DNA from: Methanosphaera stadtmanae DSM 3091
Lineage (GTDB): Archaea; Methanobacteriota; Methanobacteria; Methanobacteriales; Methanobacteriaceae
DNA length: 32,000 nucleotides
Assembly (NCBI RefSeq): GCF_000012545.1
Contig: NC_007681.1
Location: 210,001-242,000, forward strand
Direction: 5' to 3'
The notes under the pieces are model-generated. The model searched no databases. It was not told the origin of the DNA and saw only the letters and a list, made by a program, of their open reading frames with translations. Of this stretch, positions 1 through 10,394 are shown in pieces (the stretch's first letter is position 1; every line of letters starts with the position of its first letter). The position numbers and the translations under genes were made by a program.

Positions 1-210
1 TTATATTATTCTCCATATGGCTTATAGATACTTCTTTTTTATTTTTCAATTTAAAAAAATGAATTAGAATATATTATATTATAACTCTCGTTTAGACAAT
101 ATAATAAAAAAATAAGACTATTTTTAATAAAGTAGAATGTTATAATAAGTTATTTAATAAATAAACTAATTATAACTAATTCTTTGTATTTATATAAGAA
201 AATGGGGATA

Positions 211-1197
211 TTATAATGCAATAGGTCCATTATCAGTATCATCACCATACAAGATATCACAAATCTCATATAATTTATCAATACCTCTAACTTCATGTTC
301 TTGTAGTGGTATTGTTGCAATGATTTGATTACCAAACAATGCATTTATAGTTTCAAGTCTTCTTTGTTGAACCTCATATCTTGCCCTACAGAATTCACAA
401 TGGGTGTTATCAGGCTGTATTTTATTAACAATAACACCATCAGTACTCATGTTACATTTATCTAATGCTTCCATAGATCTTTGTGATTCATAAATAGACA
501 TTTCTTCTGGAATAAGCACAGTTTTAAAGGTTGTTCTAGATGGATCTGTGAGAACGTCTCTTGCTTTTTCAATTTCTTTTTTTGCCCTTTCAAGTTCTGC
601 CATGCTTTGAGCATCTTCTGCTTCATCAGAACCCATGAATGGTATGATATTTTTAAGTTTTTGTGCAGCAGCTCCAAGACTTTTCTTTGTTTTTATCATT
701 TTTCCCATCCAGGAATCCATCATTTCAGGGAAGGATAATAATCTAAGTGTATGTCCTGTAGGTGCTGTATCAAATATTATAACATCATATTCATCAGTAT
801 TCATATATTGCATGAATTTATCAAATGATGCAACCTCATCAATACCTGGAGAAGAACTCATAACATCAAATTGTTCTGAAAACATACCAAGGGCATCGTT
901 ATATTTTTGTTGCATTTGCATTTTTTCTTTGTATTCATCCATTGCCCTATCAGGATCTATTTCTATAGCTTCTAAATTCTGTGTTATTGGTGTAGGCACA
1001 TGTTTTATTACTCTATCAAAGGAGTCACCGAGAGAATGAGCAGGATCTGTTGATATGATCAATGTTTTTTTACCAACACGAGCACACCACAGTGCTGTTG
1101 CTGCAGATACTGTTGTTTTTCCAACGCCTCCTTTTCCTCCAATAAATATAAACGTTGTTTTTTTCTTGTTGAATGTTACTAAGTCTGTAAATGCCAA
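211..1197 (-). CDS. ArsA/Get3-family P-loop ATPase (single-domain, archaeal Get3/TRC40-like)
   Basis: 328-aa ORF. Has the deviant Walker [11 protein letters not shown], the ArsA/Get3 signature [12 protein letters not shown] and a CxxC pair (CEFC) near the C-terminus. TTG start lies 7 nt downstream of AGGAGG. Confidence 0.85.
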   Translation of the reverse strand: MAFTDLVTFNKKKTTFIFIGGKGGVGKTTVSAATALWCARVGKKTLIISTDPAHSLGDSFDRVIKHVPTPITQNLEAIEIDPDRAMDEYKEKMQMQQKYNDALGMFSEQFDVMSSSPGIDEVASFDKFMQYMNTDEYDVIIFDTAPTGHTLRLLSFPEMMDSWMGKMIKTKKSLGAAAQKLKNIIPFMGSDEAEDAQSMAELERAKKEIEKARDVLTDPSRTTFKTVLIPEEMSIYESQRSMEALDKCNMSTDGVIVNKIQPDNTHCEFCRARYEVQQRRLETINALFGNQIIATIPLQEHEVRGIDKLYEICDILYGDDTDNGPIAL

Positions 1198-1396
1198 ATT
1201 ATTTCCTCCTTTTTAACTTAATATATTTTTTTTTATTAGTTTCAAATATTTATAATTAATACACCATTTATATATAATTTATTCTAATTTGAAACTATAT
1301 ATATGTAATTATAAATTCATTAATTATTATAAGTAAATAAAATAAATAATTATTCATTAAATGAATATTTATTAATTTATTTGATGGGATGTTTAT

Positions 1397-2194
1397 ATGA
1401 TAGATTTACCTGAATTTGATGCAAGAAAATTTATAGAAAGAGCTTGTGAATTTATAAAAGAAAAAGTTGATGAATCTAATTCTGATGGAGTAGTAATAGG
1501 ATTAAGTGGTGGGATAGATTCATGTGTTGTAGCATGTCTGGCTGTTAGGGCATTAGGTCCATTGCGTGTACGTGGATATATTCTTCCAACAATAACAACC
1601 TCAGATCAGGATTTATATGATGCAAAACTAATAAAGGATGAACTGGATATTGAATCAGAATATATTTCAATAGGTAGTATCTATGATGAGTTTATAAGTT
1701 CATGTGAAATAAAAAATCTTCCACAAGATAATATTAATCTAGCACGTGGAAATCTAAAACCAAGAATTAGAATGAGTATTCTCTACTACTATGCAACAAT
1801 ATATAATTCACTTGTAATAGGAACAGGAAATAAAACAGAATTACAAGTAGGCTACTTTACAAAACATGGGGATGGTGGAGTGGACTTATTACCAATAGGT
1901 GATTTATATAAGATGGATGTGAAAAAAGTTGCACAGGAATTAGGAGTACCATCACTTATTATTAAGAAACCTCCAACAGCAGGTCTATGGGAGGGCCAAA
2001 CTGATGAAGAGGAACTTGGCATGACATACAACATACTAGATAAATTATTATACTTATACCTTGAAGAAGAATATAGTATGCCAGATATAGCAAAAGAACT
2101 AGAAATTCCAGAAAGTGAAGTAGAACGTATAATAAACATGGTAAATAATGCTAGTCATAAAAGAAATAAAATACCAATATTAAGTAAAAACTAA
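1397..2194 (+). CDS. nadE: NH3-dependent NAD+ synthetase
   Basis: 265-aa ORF with the PP-loop motif GLSGGIDS. Length and overall pattern (GTGNKTE, YFTKHGDGG) are typical of NadE. Confidence 0.9.
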   Translation: MIDLPEFDARKFIERACEFIKEKVDESNSDGVVIGLSGGIDSCVVACLAVRALGPLRVRGYILPTITTSDQDLYDAKLIKDELDIESEYISIGSIYDEFISSCEIKNLPQDNINLARGNLKPRIRMSILYYYATIYNSLVIGTGNKTELQVGYFTKHGDGGVDLLPIGDLYKMDVKKVAQELGVPSLIIKKPPTAGLWEGQTDEEELGMTYNILDKLLYLYLEEEYSMPDIAKELEIPESEVERIINMVNNASHKRNKIPILSKN

Positions 2195-2343
2195 AATCTT
2201 AATTAATTTCTTTTTTCTTATTCTTTTATTTTTTTTTACAGTAAATTAAAATATTTAAATAAATATAAATATCTATTATTATAAAATTAACTAAATCATT
2301 TTTCATGTATTAATAACATAATACTAATAACGGAGTTTAATCT

Positions 2344-5205
2344 ATGGTAACAGAATTAGAGAAAAAATGGCAAAAAAAATGGCAAGAAGCTAAATTATTT
2401 GAATCAAATCCTGATAACAGGGAAAAAATGTATGTTACAGTGGCATTTCCATACCCGAGTGGAGCAATGCATGTAGGACACGGAAGAACATACACGGTAC
2501 CTGATGTATATGCAAGATTTAAAAGAATGCAAGGATTTAATGTATTATTCCCAATGGCATGGCATGTAACAGGTGCACCAGTAGTAGGTATTGCAAAAAG
2601 AATCGAAAGACACGATAAATGGACAATGGACATATATAAAAATGTGCACCAAGTACCAGAAGATGAACTAGAAAAATTTGTAGACCCTGAATACATTGTA
2701 AAATACTTCAGTAGTGAATACCACAATGACATGGTAGATATGGGATATACTATAGATTGGAGAAGGGAATTTAGAACAATAGATCCACACTACAAACAAT
2801 TTGTAAGATGGCAAATAAGACAATTAAAGGATAAAAATCTTATTCGTAAAGGATCACACCCAGTAAAATACTGTCCAGATGATGCAAATCCAGTGGGAGA
2901 CCATGATCTTTTAGAAGGAGAAGGTGTGGGAATTAATGAATTAACATTAATCAAATTCCCATATGAGGACTCATACCTTGTAGCAGCAACATTCAGACCA
3001 GAAACATTGTATGGAGCAACAAACTTCTGGTTAAATCCTGATGAAGAATATGTTAAAGTAGAATATGAAGGAGAAAAATGGATAATTAGTAAACTTGCAT
3101 ATGGAAACATCATACATCAAAAAGAATCAATGAAAATCATTGAAGAAGTTGATGCTAAAGATTTCATAGGAAAAACAGTACAAAATCCAATAACAAATGA
3201 TCCACTACCAATATTCCCAGCATCATTTGTAGATGCAGACTATGCAACAGGAGTAGTATTCTCAGTACCAGCACATGCACCAGCAGACTACATAGCACTG
3301 GAAGATATTAAGAAAAACACTCAAGCAATAGAAAAATACAATCTTCAAGAACAAATAGATAACATCAAAATAACAAGTCTTGTAAACTTAAAAGGATACT
3401 CTAAATTCCCTGCAAAAGATTTCCTTGATGCATATAATGTAACAAGTCAAGATGATGAAAATCTTAAAGAAGCAACAAATGAAATATATAAGAAAGAACA
3501 TGCAAAAGGAATAATGAATGAAAATACTGGTGAATTTGAAGGAAGAAGGGTTGCTGATGTAAGAGATGAAGTTATTGAAAAACTATTAAATGAAAACATT
3601 GCAGATAAACTCTATGAATTTGCAGAAAAACCAGTAATATGTAGATGTGGAGCAAAATGTGTAGTTAAAGAACTACATGATCAATGGTTTGTAAAATATT
3701 CAGACAAAGAATGGACACAAAAAGCATATGATTGCTTAGAACAATTAGATGTAGTTCCTAATGAAATAAGATCAAACTTCGAATACTATCTTGACTGGCT
3801 AGAAGATTGGGCATGTTCAAGAAGACTTGGACTTGGAACACACATGCCATGGGATGAAAAATGGTTAATTGAACCATTAACAGATTCAACAATATACATG
3901 GCATACTATACAATAGCTAAGTATATGAAGGATATTAATGCAGAAGACCTAAATGATGCATTCTTTAATAAAATATTCCTTGATAAAGATGGAGCAAATG
4001 ATGGATCTGTAAATAAAATACCAGAAGATATAACAGAAAAAATCCAGAAAGAATTCCAGTACTGGTATCCACTTAACTGGAGATTATCTGCAAAGGATTT
4101 AGTTGGAAATCACTTATCATTCCATATGTTCCACCATGCAGCAATATTCCCACAGAAATATTGGCCAAAAGGAATAACAGTATTTGGTATGGGACTTCTT
4201 GAAGGACAGAAAATGTCTTCATCTAAAGGTAATGTTATCTTACTTAGTGAAGCAATTGATAAATATGGTGCAGATACTGTAAGATTATTCCTCATGTCCT
4301 CAGCAGAACCATGGCAAGACTTTGATTGGAGAGAAAAAGAAGTTAATGGTATACAAAGAAGACTTGAAGCAATAATTGAATTCCCACAAAAAGTAGAATC
4401 ATTAATTGGAGAACCTCTAAAATTATCCATAGAAAACAATGCACCAATTGTTGAAAAACCTATAAATAAATGGATTATAAGTCAAATCAATAGGAAAATC
4501 AGCACTGCAACAGATGCACTTGAAAAATTCCAAACAAGAAAAGCATTACAATCAAGTCTCTTCCTATTTAGAAAAGATGTTGACTACTATCTAAATAGAA
4601 TAACAATAATAGGAGAAGAAGAAAAAGAAACACTCATCTACCTTGTAAATACATGGATAAGATTATTATCACCATTTATTCCATATGCAACAGAGGAGAT
4701 ATGGGATACATACAATGATGATGATGTATTTATCTCAACATTAGACTGGCCTGTAGCATGTGAGGACTTAATTGATGAAAAAATAGAAAAAAGTGAGGAA
4801 ATAGTTCAAGATCTTGCAAAAGATATTAAGGAAATTATTAAAATTACAAAATCCAATCCAGAAGTTGTACACCTATATACTGCTCCATCATGGAAGTATG
4901 AAGTATATAATATAGCACAAGAAGTTGGAAAACCAAATATTGGTGAAATAATTCACAAAGCCATGGATGCAAATCTATGTGATAATAAGAAAGAATTATC
5001 TAAATTTGCAACAAAAGCAGGTAAAAACTTCAATAAAATTAATTATGTGGGAGTAGTTGATGAAGTTTCAGTAATAACTGATGCACGTGAATATCTGGAA
5101 AGTGAAATTGGTGCTAAAATAGAAGTATATGATAAACCAACATACGATCCACAGAATAAAGCACAAAATGCATCACCATATAAACCAGCAATATATCTTG
5201 AATAA
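2344..5205 (+). CDS. leuS: Leucyl-tRNA synthetase (archaeal type)
   Basis: 953-aa ORF. Has a class I HIGH motif (HVGH, in [15 protein letters not shown]) and a KMSKS motif (KMSSSKG). Size fits archaeal LeuRS. GGAG lies 8 nt upstream of the ATG. Confidence 0.92.
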   Translation: MVTELEKKWQKKWQEAKLFESNPDNREKMYVTVAFPYPSGAMHVGHGRTYTVPDVYARFKRMQGFNVLFPMAWHVTGAPVVGIAKRIERHDKWTMDIYKNVHQVPEDELEKFVDPEYIVKYFSSEYHNDMVDMGYTIDWRREFRTIDPHYKQFVRWQIRQLKDKNLIRKGSHPVKYCPDDANPVGDHDLLEGEGVGINELTLIKFPYEDSYLVAATFRPETLYGATNFWLNPDEEYVKVEYEGEKWIISKLAYGNIIHQKESMKIIEEVDAKDFIGKTVQNPITNDPLPIFPASFVDADYATGVVFSVPAHAPADYIALEDIKKNTQAIEKYNLQEQIDNIKITSLVNLKGYSKFPAKDFLDAYNVTSQDDENLKEATNEIYKKEHAKGIMNENTGEFEGRRVADVRDEVIEKLLNENIADKLYEFAEKPVICRCGAKCVVKELHDQWFVKYSDKEWTQKAYDCLEQLDVVPNEIRSNFEYYLDWLEDWACSRRLGLGTHMPWDEKWLIEPLTDSTIYMAYYTIAKYMKDINAEDLNDAFFNKIFLDKDGANDGSVNKIPEDITEKIQKEFQYWYPLNWRLSAKDLVGNHLSFHMFHHAAIFPQKYWPKGITVFGMGLLEGQKMSSSKGNVILLSEAIDKYGADTVRLFLMSSAEPWQDFDWREKEVNGIQRRLEAIIEFPQKVESLIGEPLKLSIENNAPIVEKPINKWIISQINRKISTATDALEKFQTRKALQSSLFLFRKDVDYYLNRITIIGEEEKETLIYLVNTWIRLLSPFIPYATEEIWDTYNDDDVFISTLDWPVACEDLIDEKIEKSEEIVQDLAKDIKEIIKITKSNPEVVHLYTAPSWKYEVYNIAQEVGKPNIGEIIHKAMDANLCDNKKELSKFATKAGKNFNKINYVGVVDEVSVITDAREYLESEIGAKIEVYDKPTYDPQNKAQNASPYKPAIYLE

Positions 5206-5232
5206 TTGTTTTCTAACAATTATTCTTTTTTT
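5204..5232 (+). terminator. Hairpin plus oligo-T after leuS
   Basis: AATTGTT-ttct-AACAATT forms a 7-bp stem overlapping the stop codon. A T7 run follows at 5226-5232. Confidence 0.5.
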
Positions 5233-5312
5233 AAAAAAAATAGAAAAATATAATATAGACAAATTACAAATTAATTAATAACTGTTGAATATAATGAATT
5301 TTTTTTTCATAT

Positions 5313-5384
5313 GCCTTGATAGTGTAGCGGATATCACGAGGGACTGCGGATCCCTTTACCCGAGTTCAAATCTCGGTCAGGGCG
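5313..5384 (+). tRNA. tRNA-Arg (anticodon GCG)
   Basis: Hand-folded cloverleaf. Acceptor stem is GCCTTGA/TCAGGGC and anticodon stem is AGGGA/TCCCT with loop CTGCGGA. T arm is CCGAG-TTCAAAT-CTCGG. Length is 72 nt and no CCA is encoded. Confidence 0.9.
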
Positions 5385-5609
5385 CTTTCAATATTTAACA
5401 CTTTTTTTGAATAACTATTTTTAATATTAATATTGATTTGTAAACAATATATTCAGTATAATTTTTAAAAAATATTAGTGTTTATAATAAATTAGTTAAC
5501 TTATAATATCTTCATTTAATAATTATTATTATAGATTCATTCATGTTACTTTTGGAAAGATACAGTGATATAAGTACATTTTTATGTAATAAAAATAGGT
5601 TTGATAAAA

Positions 5610-5999
5610 ATGGAAGAAAAAAATTTAATAATAATATGCACAACAGCTATAATAATAACACTACTGTTTTCAACAACAGTATTATTTTTAAATAATATTA
5701 ATAACTCAGTAAATAATTCAATAAATGAAAATAATACTAATAATACAAATTCCATGGATAATTCAACAACTAATACTACCAAGTCCACATCTAAAACTAC
5801 TTCAAAAGACACTTCAAGTAAAAGTAGTAGTTTTTCATCAGATACAATTAATGGAGAAAAAATCACTGGAATATATCCCTCTTATGATGAGGATTATGAA
5901 AGAATAGCCACTGCTACTAATAAGTATTATAGAAACAAGAAAACAGGAGTGATATACAAACGTCATCTGGATGATGATGGTGTATATAGATATTATTGA
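5610..5999 (+). CDS. Small membrane-anchored hypothetical protein with an Asn/Ser/Thr-rich low-complexity region
   Basis: ORF with one N-terminal hydrophobic helix (LIIICTTAIIITLLFSTTVLF), followed by an N/S/T-rich tract and a short C-terminal globular part. ATG at 5610 is preferred over the TTG at 5601. Confidence 0.5.
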   Translation: MEEKNLIIICTTAIIITLLFSTTVLFLNNINNSVNNSINENNTNNTNSMDNSTTNTTKSTSKTTSKDTSSKSSSFSSDTINGEKITGIYPSYDEDYERIATATNKYYRNKKTGVIYKRHLDDDGVYRYY

Positions 6000-6084
6000 A
6001 ATTCTATTATAGAATTCTAATAAATTATTTTTATATAGTCAAACAATAGATTTAATTATAGAATGAAATTTTTAATGTGATTGT

Positions 6085-7587
6085 ATGACAAAGATAGGAA
6101 TTTTAGAAGTTGAAGGTGTTTTAACATTATATGAACACTTTGGTTATTTACCTACAGATGTAGTTAAATCTAATGGTAGATTGGAAAATGGAAAAAAAGC
6201 TCATGAAGAATTAGATGGTATAATAATACCTGGAGGTACAATTCTTGAATCAGAATCTATGACTGGTGAGGTTGAAGAAGAAATTAATCTTATAAATGAT
6301 GATGATGGGTTTATTTTAGGTATGTGTGCAGGATTTCAGGTACTTGGAAAACATACAAATGTTGGAAGAAACTCTCCAGTACCAATAATAAGAAAGGGTA
6401 TGGGTCTTTTAGATGTTACTTTTGAACCATTTATAAATACAAATAAGGTAAATGCAGATATTGTTGATGATAACACACTCTTTACAAAAAACTTAAAGGA
6501 CACAACAGTAAGTGGTTTTCATTGTCATACATATGGTAGGATAGAATCAAATGATAAGAATGTTATCTACTCTAATATTCAAAGATCAAACTATAAATAT
6601 AAACCAGAAAGGGTATTATCTGGTGTTTCAAATAAAAAGGGAAATATATTAGGAACAACAGTGCACTGTTTACTTGATAATAATCCTCAAATAGTAAACA
6701 ACATACTAGAATATCTTGATGCTACAAATGAATATGAAGACATTAAACAAAGAAATAAAAAACTTCAAAGTAAGGTATTTTCTGAAATTGGAGTCGATAC
6801 AAACAACATGGCACCACTAAGAGAAAAACATCCTGAAGTTCCACCAATGATAATGTTAATGGGAACAGGTTCTGAATCTGGAAAAACATTTCTTGCTAGT
6901 GGAATTGTAGGAGCACTAAGAGAAAAGGGAATACATACGTATGTAATTAAAACAGGTCCTGATATAAGAGATTTATCACCATCTCTTTATGTAAATAAGG
7001 AAAAATTGGAGGATTATGCATCGATACAAATAAGTAATATTGGATGGACTCCACTTGAAAAAATAATAGAACAAGTAAAGAATAAGGGCTATGATTTAGT
7101 ACTGGTTGAAGGAGTAATGAGTGCAGCAACAGGACTACTTAATAAAAAAACACCATATTCAACTGCAGAAATTGCATATGCAGGTAATATTCCTGTTATA
7201 ATGGTATCTAGTGTAAGTAAGGGTGGTATTGAAACAGCAGCTATTGATATTGAAGCACATATTAATCTATTAAATAAGATGGATGTTAAAACAGCTGGTG
7301 TTATTTTAAATAAAACCTATGATGAAGGTATTGTGGAACATGTATCTGAATTCTTATCTAATAAATCTGGAATACCAGAGGATAATATTTGGAGTATTGG
7401 TAAGGCCAAAGTAGAGAATAAAGGACAGGTTCCAGAGGATTATCTTCAATTGGAAACATTTACAAAAGCAGCAATGGATGTTGTTAAAGAATATGTGGAT
7501 GTTACAAAAATAATGGATTTAGCTAAAGTACCAGAATTTAGAGGATACTTATCCTATGAGGAAATTTGTGATTTATATAAAAAATAG
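6085..7587 (+). CDS. CobQ/CbiA-family glutamine amidotransferase with inverted domain order (GATase N-terminal, P-loop synthetase C-terminal)
   Basis: 500-aa ORF. The N-terminal half has CobQ-type GATase motifs (GMCAGFQVLG nucleophile Cys, GFHCHTYG, GTTVHCLLDN). The C-terminal half has a CbiA/CobQ/BioD-like P-loop (GTGSESGKTFLASGI), then KTGPDIRD and VEGVMSAATG. Confidence 0.7.
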   Translation: MTKIGILEVEGVLTLYEHFGYLPTDVVKSNGRLENGKKAHEELDGIIIPGGTILESESMTGEVEEEINLINDDDGFILGMCAGFQVLGKHTNVGRNSPVPIIRKGMGLLDVTFEPFINTNKVNADIVDDNTLFTKNLKDTTVSGFHCHTYGRIESNDKNVIYSNIQRSNYKYKPERVLSGVSNKKGNILGTTVHCLLDNNPQIVNNILEYLDATNEYEDIKQRNKKLQSKVFSEIGVDTNNMAPLREKHPEVPPMIMLMGTGSESGKTFLASGIVGALREKGIHTYVIKTGPDIRDLSPSLYVNKEKLEDYASIQISNIGWTPLEKIIEQVKNKGYDLVLVEGVMSAATGLLNKKTPYSTAEIAYAGNIPVIMVSSVSKGGIETAAIDIEAHINLLNKMDVKTAGVILNKTYDEGIVEHVSEFLSNKSGIPEDNIWSIGKAKVENKGQVPEDYLQLETFTKAAMDVVKEYVDVTKIMDLAKVPEFRGYLSYEEICDLYKK

Positions 7588-7615
7588 TTTCATAAAAAAA
7601 AGGAGTATGGAGAAT

Positions 7616-8293
7616 TTAATTGTTATTTTTAAATTCTTTGTATGCTTCTATTATTTCATCACCACTAATAAATACGTGATTATTTTTTTGAGCATATTCT
7701 CTTGTTTTATCTACAGACATTGCTTCACCATTATCTCCAATCATTTCACAACAGATACCAACAGGTTCTAATCCTGCCATTTCAAGTAGTGCTATTGTTA
7801 ATTCGGTATGTCCTTCTCTTGTTAGAACTGCATCCTTTTCTGCTCTAAGTAGAGTTACATGTCCAGGGGATCTGAAATATTTACCAAATTCTGCTTGTTT
7901 TCCTTCTTTACAAAGAAGTGCTAATTCACGTTCTGTTTTTGATCTATCTGTATCTGGAATACCAGTGTATGTGTCACGGTAATTAACAGTTATACTAAAT
8001 GCAGATTTTGCATCGTATGGTATGTCATTTGGGTAAAGATCTTTTAATACGGGATATTTTTCATTAGCTTCTTTTAGAATATCTACCATGAAGGGAATTC
8101 CAAGTTTGTCACAGTTTTCATTGGAAATAGGCATACATACAAGTCCTCCAGCATATTTACGTATTGTTGTCATTTTTTCTGTAGTCATAAATTCTGCTGC
8201 AGTAATCATGTCTGTTTCACTTTCACGATCATCACTATCATAAATTAATATTATTTCTCCATTTTTTAATGCTTCAATTGCTTTATCTATCAT
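7616..8293 (-). CDS. ribB: 3,4-dihydroxy-2-butanone 4-phosphate synthase
   Basis: 225-aa ORF of archaeal DHBPS size. Has the acidic active-site loop DSDDRESETDMI and the conserved GHTE and ICCE segments. Confidence 0.85.
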   Translation of the reverse strand: MIDKAIEALKNGEIILIYDSDDRESETDMITAAEFMTTEKMTTIRKYAGGLVCMPISNENCDKLGIPFMVDILKEANEKYPVLKDLYPNDIPYDAKSAFSITVNYRDTYTGIPDTDRSKTERELALLCKEGKQAEFGKYFRSPGHVTLLRAEKDAVLTREGHTELTIALLEMAGLEPVGICCEMIGDNGEAMSVDKTREYAQKNNHVFISGDEIIEAYKEFKNNN

Positions 8294-8331
8294 ATAATAA
8301 CCTAGTTTTTTTCGTTCTACATATAATATAT

Positions 8332-8760
8332 TTACTCTAAGTCATCTTTTATATTTTCTATTTTTTTCTCAAGAGTATTTTGTTTAATAATCATACTTAA
8401 TATATTTGATAAATTTAACATGTTATCAATTACTACTAATTTTTTTGCCTGTAAAAGGGAATAGATGTTCTTTATATTTGATGATGGTATGTTAAATGAT
8501 ACACCATCCATTGTTTCCCATGAAGTTTCGTATTTAATATCCTGGTTTTGGTTTTTAAATAATTTAACTTCCTTTGGATAGGCTTTTATTACAATTTCAT
8601 CCACCTGTTCTATAGGTTCAGTAATTTTTTTCTGTTTAATTGTGGAGATTTCAATTCTTTTTTCTGATGGAATAATTTTTAAATATTGATTTTCTCCAAT
8701 TTTTCTTATCATTGATTTGGTTATAGTTGCACTTGTTATTAATTCATATTCGTCTTCCAC
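8332..8760 (-). CDS. Hypothetical protein
   Basis: 142-aa ORF with a GTG start 6 nt after GGGAGGG. No motif recognised. Lies 38 nt upstream of ribB on the same strand. Confidence 0.55.
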   Translation of the reverse strand: MEDEYELITSATITKSMIRKIGENQYLKIIPSEKRIEISTIKQKKITEPIEQVDEIVIKAYPKEVKLFKNQNQDIKYETSWETMDGVSFNIPSSNIKNIYSLLQAKKLVVIDNMLNLSNILSMIIKQNTLEKKIENIKDDLE

Positions 8761-8920
8761 ATGTATCCCTCCCGGAATACAAATAAATAATTATGTTCTA
8801 ATTTTCTTTACTAATTTTTAAAATTCAATAGTAATTTATAGTTATTATAGTTTTATTTATTTTTTGTGTCTTTAATATTTTTGTATTATTGTGATATTTA
8901 TTATTTAATAATGCTATTTT

Positions 8921-9316
8921 TTACTTCTCTATTTTAATTATTACTTTATCTCCGTCCTTTAAATTAAGTGTATCTCTTAATTTTTCAGATGAGACATATT
9001 CCAATGTATCTGTATCATATACAGTTTTTACAGGAAATAGTATTGCACCTTTTTTAGTTATTTTTTCATCTATTGTAGATAGGTATGCTTCTAGAAAAAG
9101 TACATCTCCAAAGGATCCATTTCCATGAATTCTCTTTAATTTATCATGTAGATTATCTAAGTTTAACGTGATATTATTACTTAATTTTATATTTAAAGTT
9201 CCATGATATGGTATAAATCCAAGTTTATCTAAGTATTGTTTTTTATAAACCTCTTTTTCCATGAATTGTCCTGCCTTTTGTAGTCCAGAACTTACTTTAC
9301 CTTCAAAAGATAACAC
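8921..9316 (-). CDS. ribK: CTP-dependent riboflavin kinase (archaeal MJ0056 family)
   Basis: 131-aa ORF. The motifs SGLQKAGQFM and GFIPYHGTLNIKL match the archaeal RibK pattern (PYPGTLN). Size fits the family. Confidence 0.8.
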   Translation of the reverse strand: MLSFEGKVSSGLQKAGQFMEKEVYKKQYLDKLGFIPYHGTLNIKLSNNITLNLDNLHDKLKRIHGNGSFGDVLFLEAYLSTIDEKITKKGAILFPVKTVYDTDTLEYVSSEKLRDTLNLKDGDKVIIKIEK

Positions 9317-9502
9317 TTTCTAAACACACTCCAATTTTTTTTTATTGTATTTATTCTTATTTTCTTGAGTAGTTTTTTTTCCTAATTTAATATAATTTAT
9401 ATTTATCTTATTAAACATACATATTAATAATTTATATCAAATAAATTTATTAAGAATTTATAAAACTTACTAATATCTATATTATTTGGAGGAAATAAAA
9501 AT

Positions 9503-10372
9503 ATGAAAGTTCGTATAGCCATACCTTCTAAGGGCAGAATTAGTGGACCTTCTGTATCCTTACTAGAAAAAGCAGGTATTGGATTAACAGATAATTCTAG
9601 TCGTAAATTATTTTCCAATACATTCGATCCTGAAATAAGTGTGATGTTTACACGTGCTGCAGATATTCCAGTATATGTGGCAGATGGGGCTGCAGACATA
9701 GGAATAACTGGTTTTGATTTAACACAAGAAAAAAATGTTGATGTTGAATTTCTTGATGATTTAAAATTTGGAGCAACACGTCTTGTTGTAGCAGCACCTG
9801 AAAATTCTGATTTTAATACAGTTGATGATTTAAAAAATGTTAAAATTGTTGCAACAGAATTTCCACATTTAACACAGAAATACTTTGAAGAAAAAAATAT
9901 AAATGCCACTATAATGCCATTAAGTGGAGCTACAGAGGTTGCACCACTAATTGGTGTTGCAGATGTTATTGCTGATTTAACAAGTACTGGTACAACACTA
10001 AAAATGAATCATCTACATGAAATAGATACTATCATAAACAGTAGTGTTAGATTAATTGCAAACAAAGAAAGCTTAAAAACAAAGTATGAAAAGATAGAAG
10101 CTATTAGAACAGGTATTCTTGGCGTGCTCCATGCTGAACGTAAAAAATTAATAATGGCAAATGTACATAAATCAAATCTTGATGATATAAAAAGTGCAAT
10201 GCCTGGTATGAGTGGACCAACAGTATCTGAGGTATATGGTGATGAAAATATGGTTGCAGTTCACTCTGTTATCTCAGAAACAGAAGTTTTTGAAACTATA
10301 AATAAATTACGTAAAATTGGTGCAAAGGATTTACTAGTACTACCAATTGAAAGAATATTAGAAAATAAATAG
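9503..10372 (+). CDS. hisG: ATP phosphoribosyltransferase (long form)
   Basis: 289-aa ORF. The N-terminus (KVRIAIPSKGRISGPSVSLLEKAGI) and the DLTSTGTTLKMN motif are typical of HisG. GGAGG lies upstream of the ATG. Confidence 0.9.
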   Translation: MKVRIAIPSKGRISGPSVSLLEKAGIGLTDNSSRKLFSNTFDPEISVMFTRAADIPVYVADGAADIGITGFDLTQEKNVDVEFLDDLKFGATRLVVAAPENSDFNTVDDLKNVKIVATEFPHLTQKYFEEKNINATIMPLSGATEVAPLIGVADVIADLTSTGTTLKMNHLHEIDTIINSSVRLIANKESLKTKYEKIEAIRTGILGVLHAERKKLIMANVHKSNLDDIKSAMPGMSGPTVSEVYGDENMVAVHSVISETEVFETINKLRKIGAKDLLVLPIERILENK

Positions 10373-10394
10373 GATATTAACAACTACGATTAAT

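Noticed and set aside
635-1039. Other shadow ORFs opposite housekeeping genes: 635-1039, 462-677, 1852-2139, 2337-2732, 2790-3113, 4110-4439, 9424-9909, 12262-12655, 13785-14246, 14262-14612, 29495-29749 and 30824-31021.
   Set aside because: Each overlaps a well-supported gene on the other strand or in another frame. None has a recognisable motif or ribosome-binding site.
5206-5600. Possible integrated element at tRNA-Arg, given the AT-rich flanks and the small orphan gene downstream.
   Set aside because: There is no integrase or recombinase gene. I could find no direct repeat of the tRNA 3' end, and no other phage or plasmid genes in the window.
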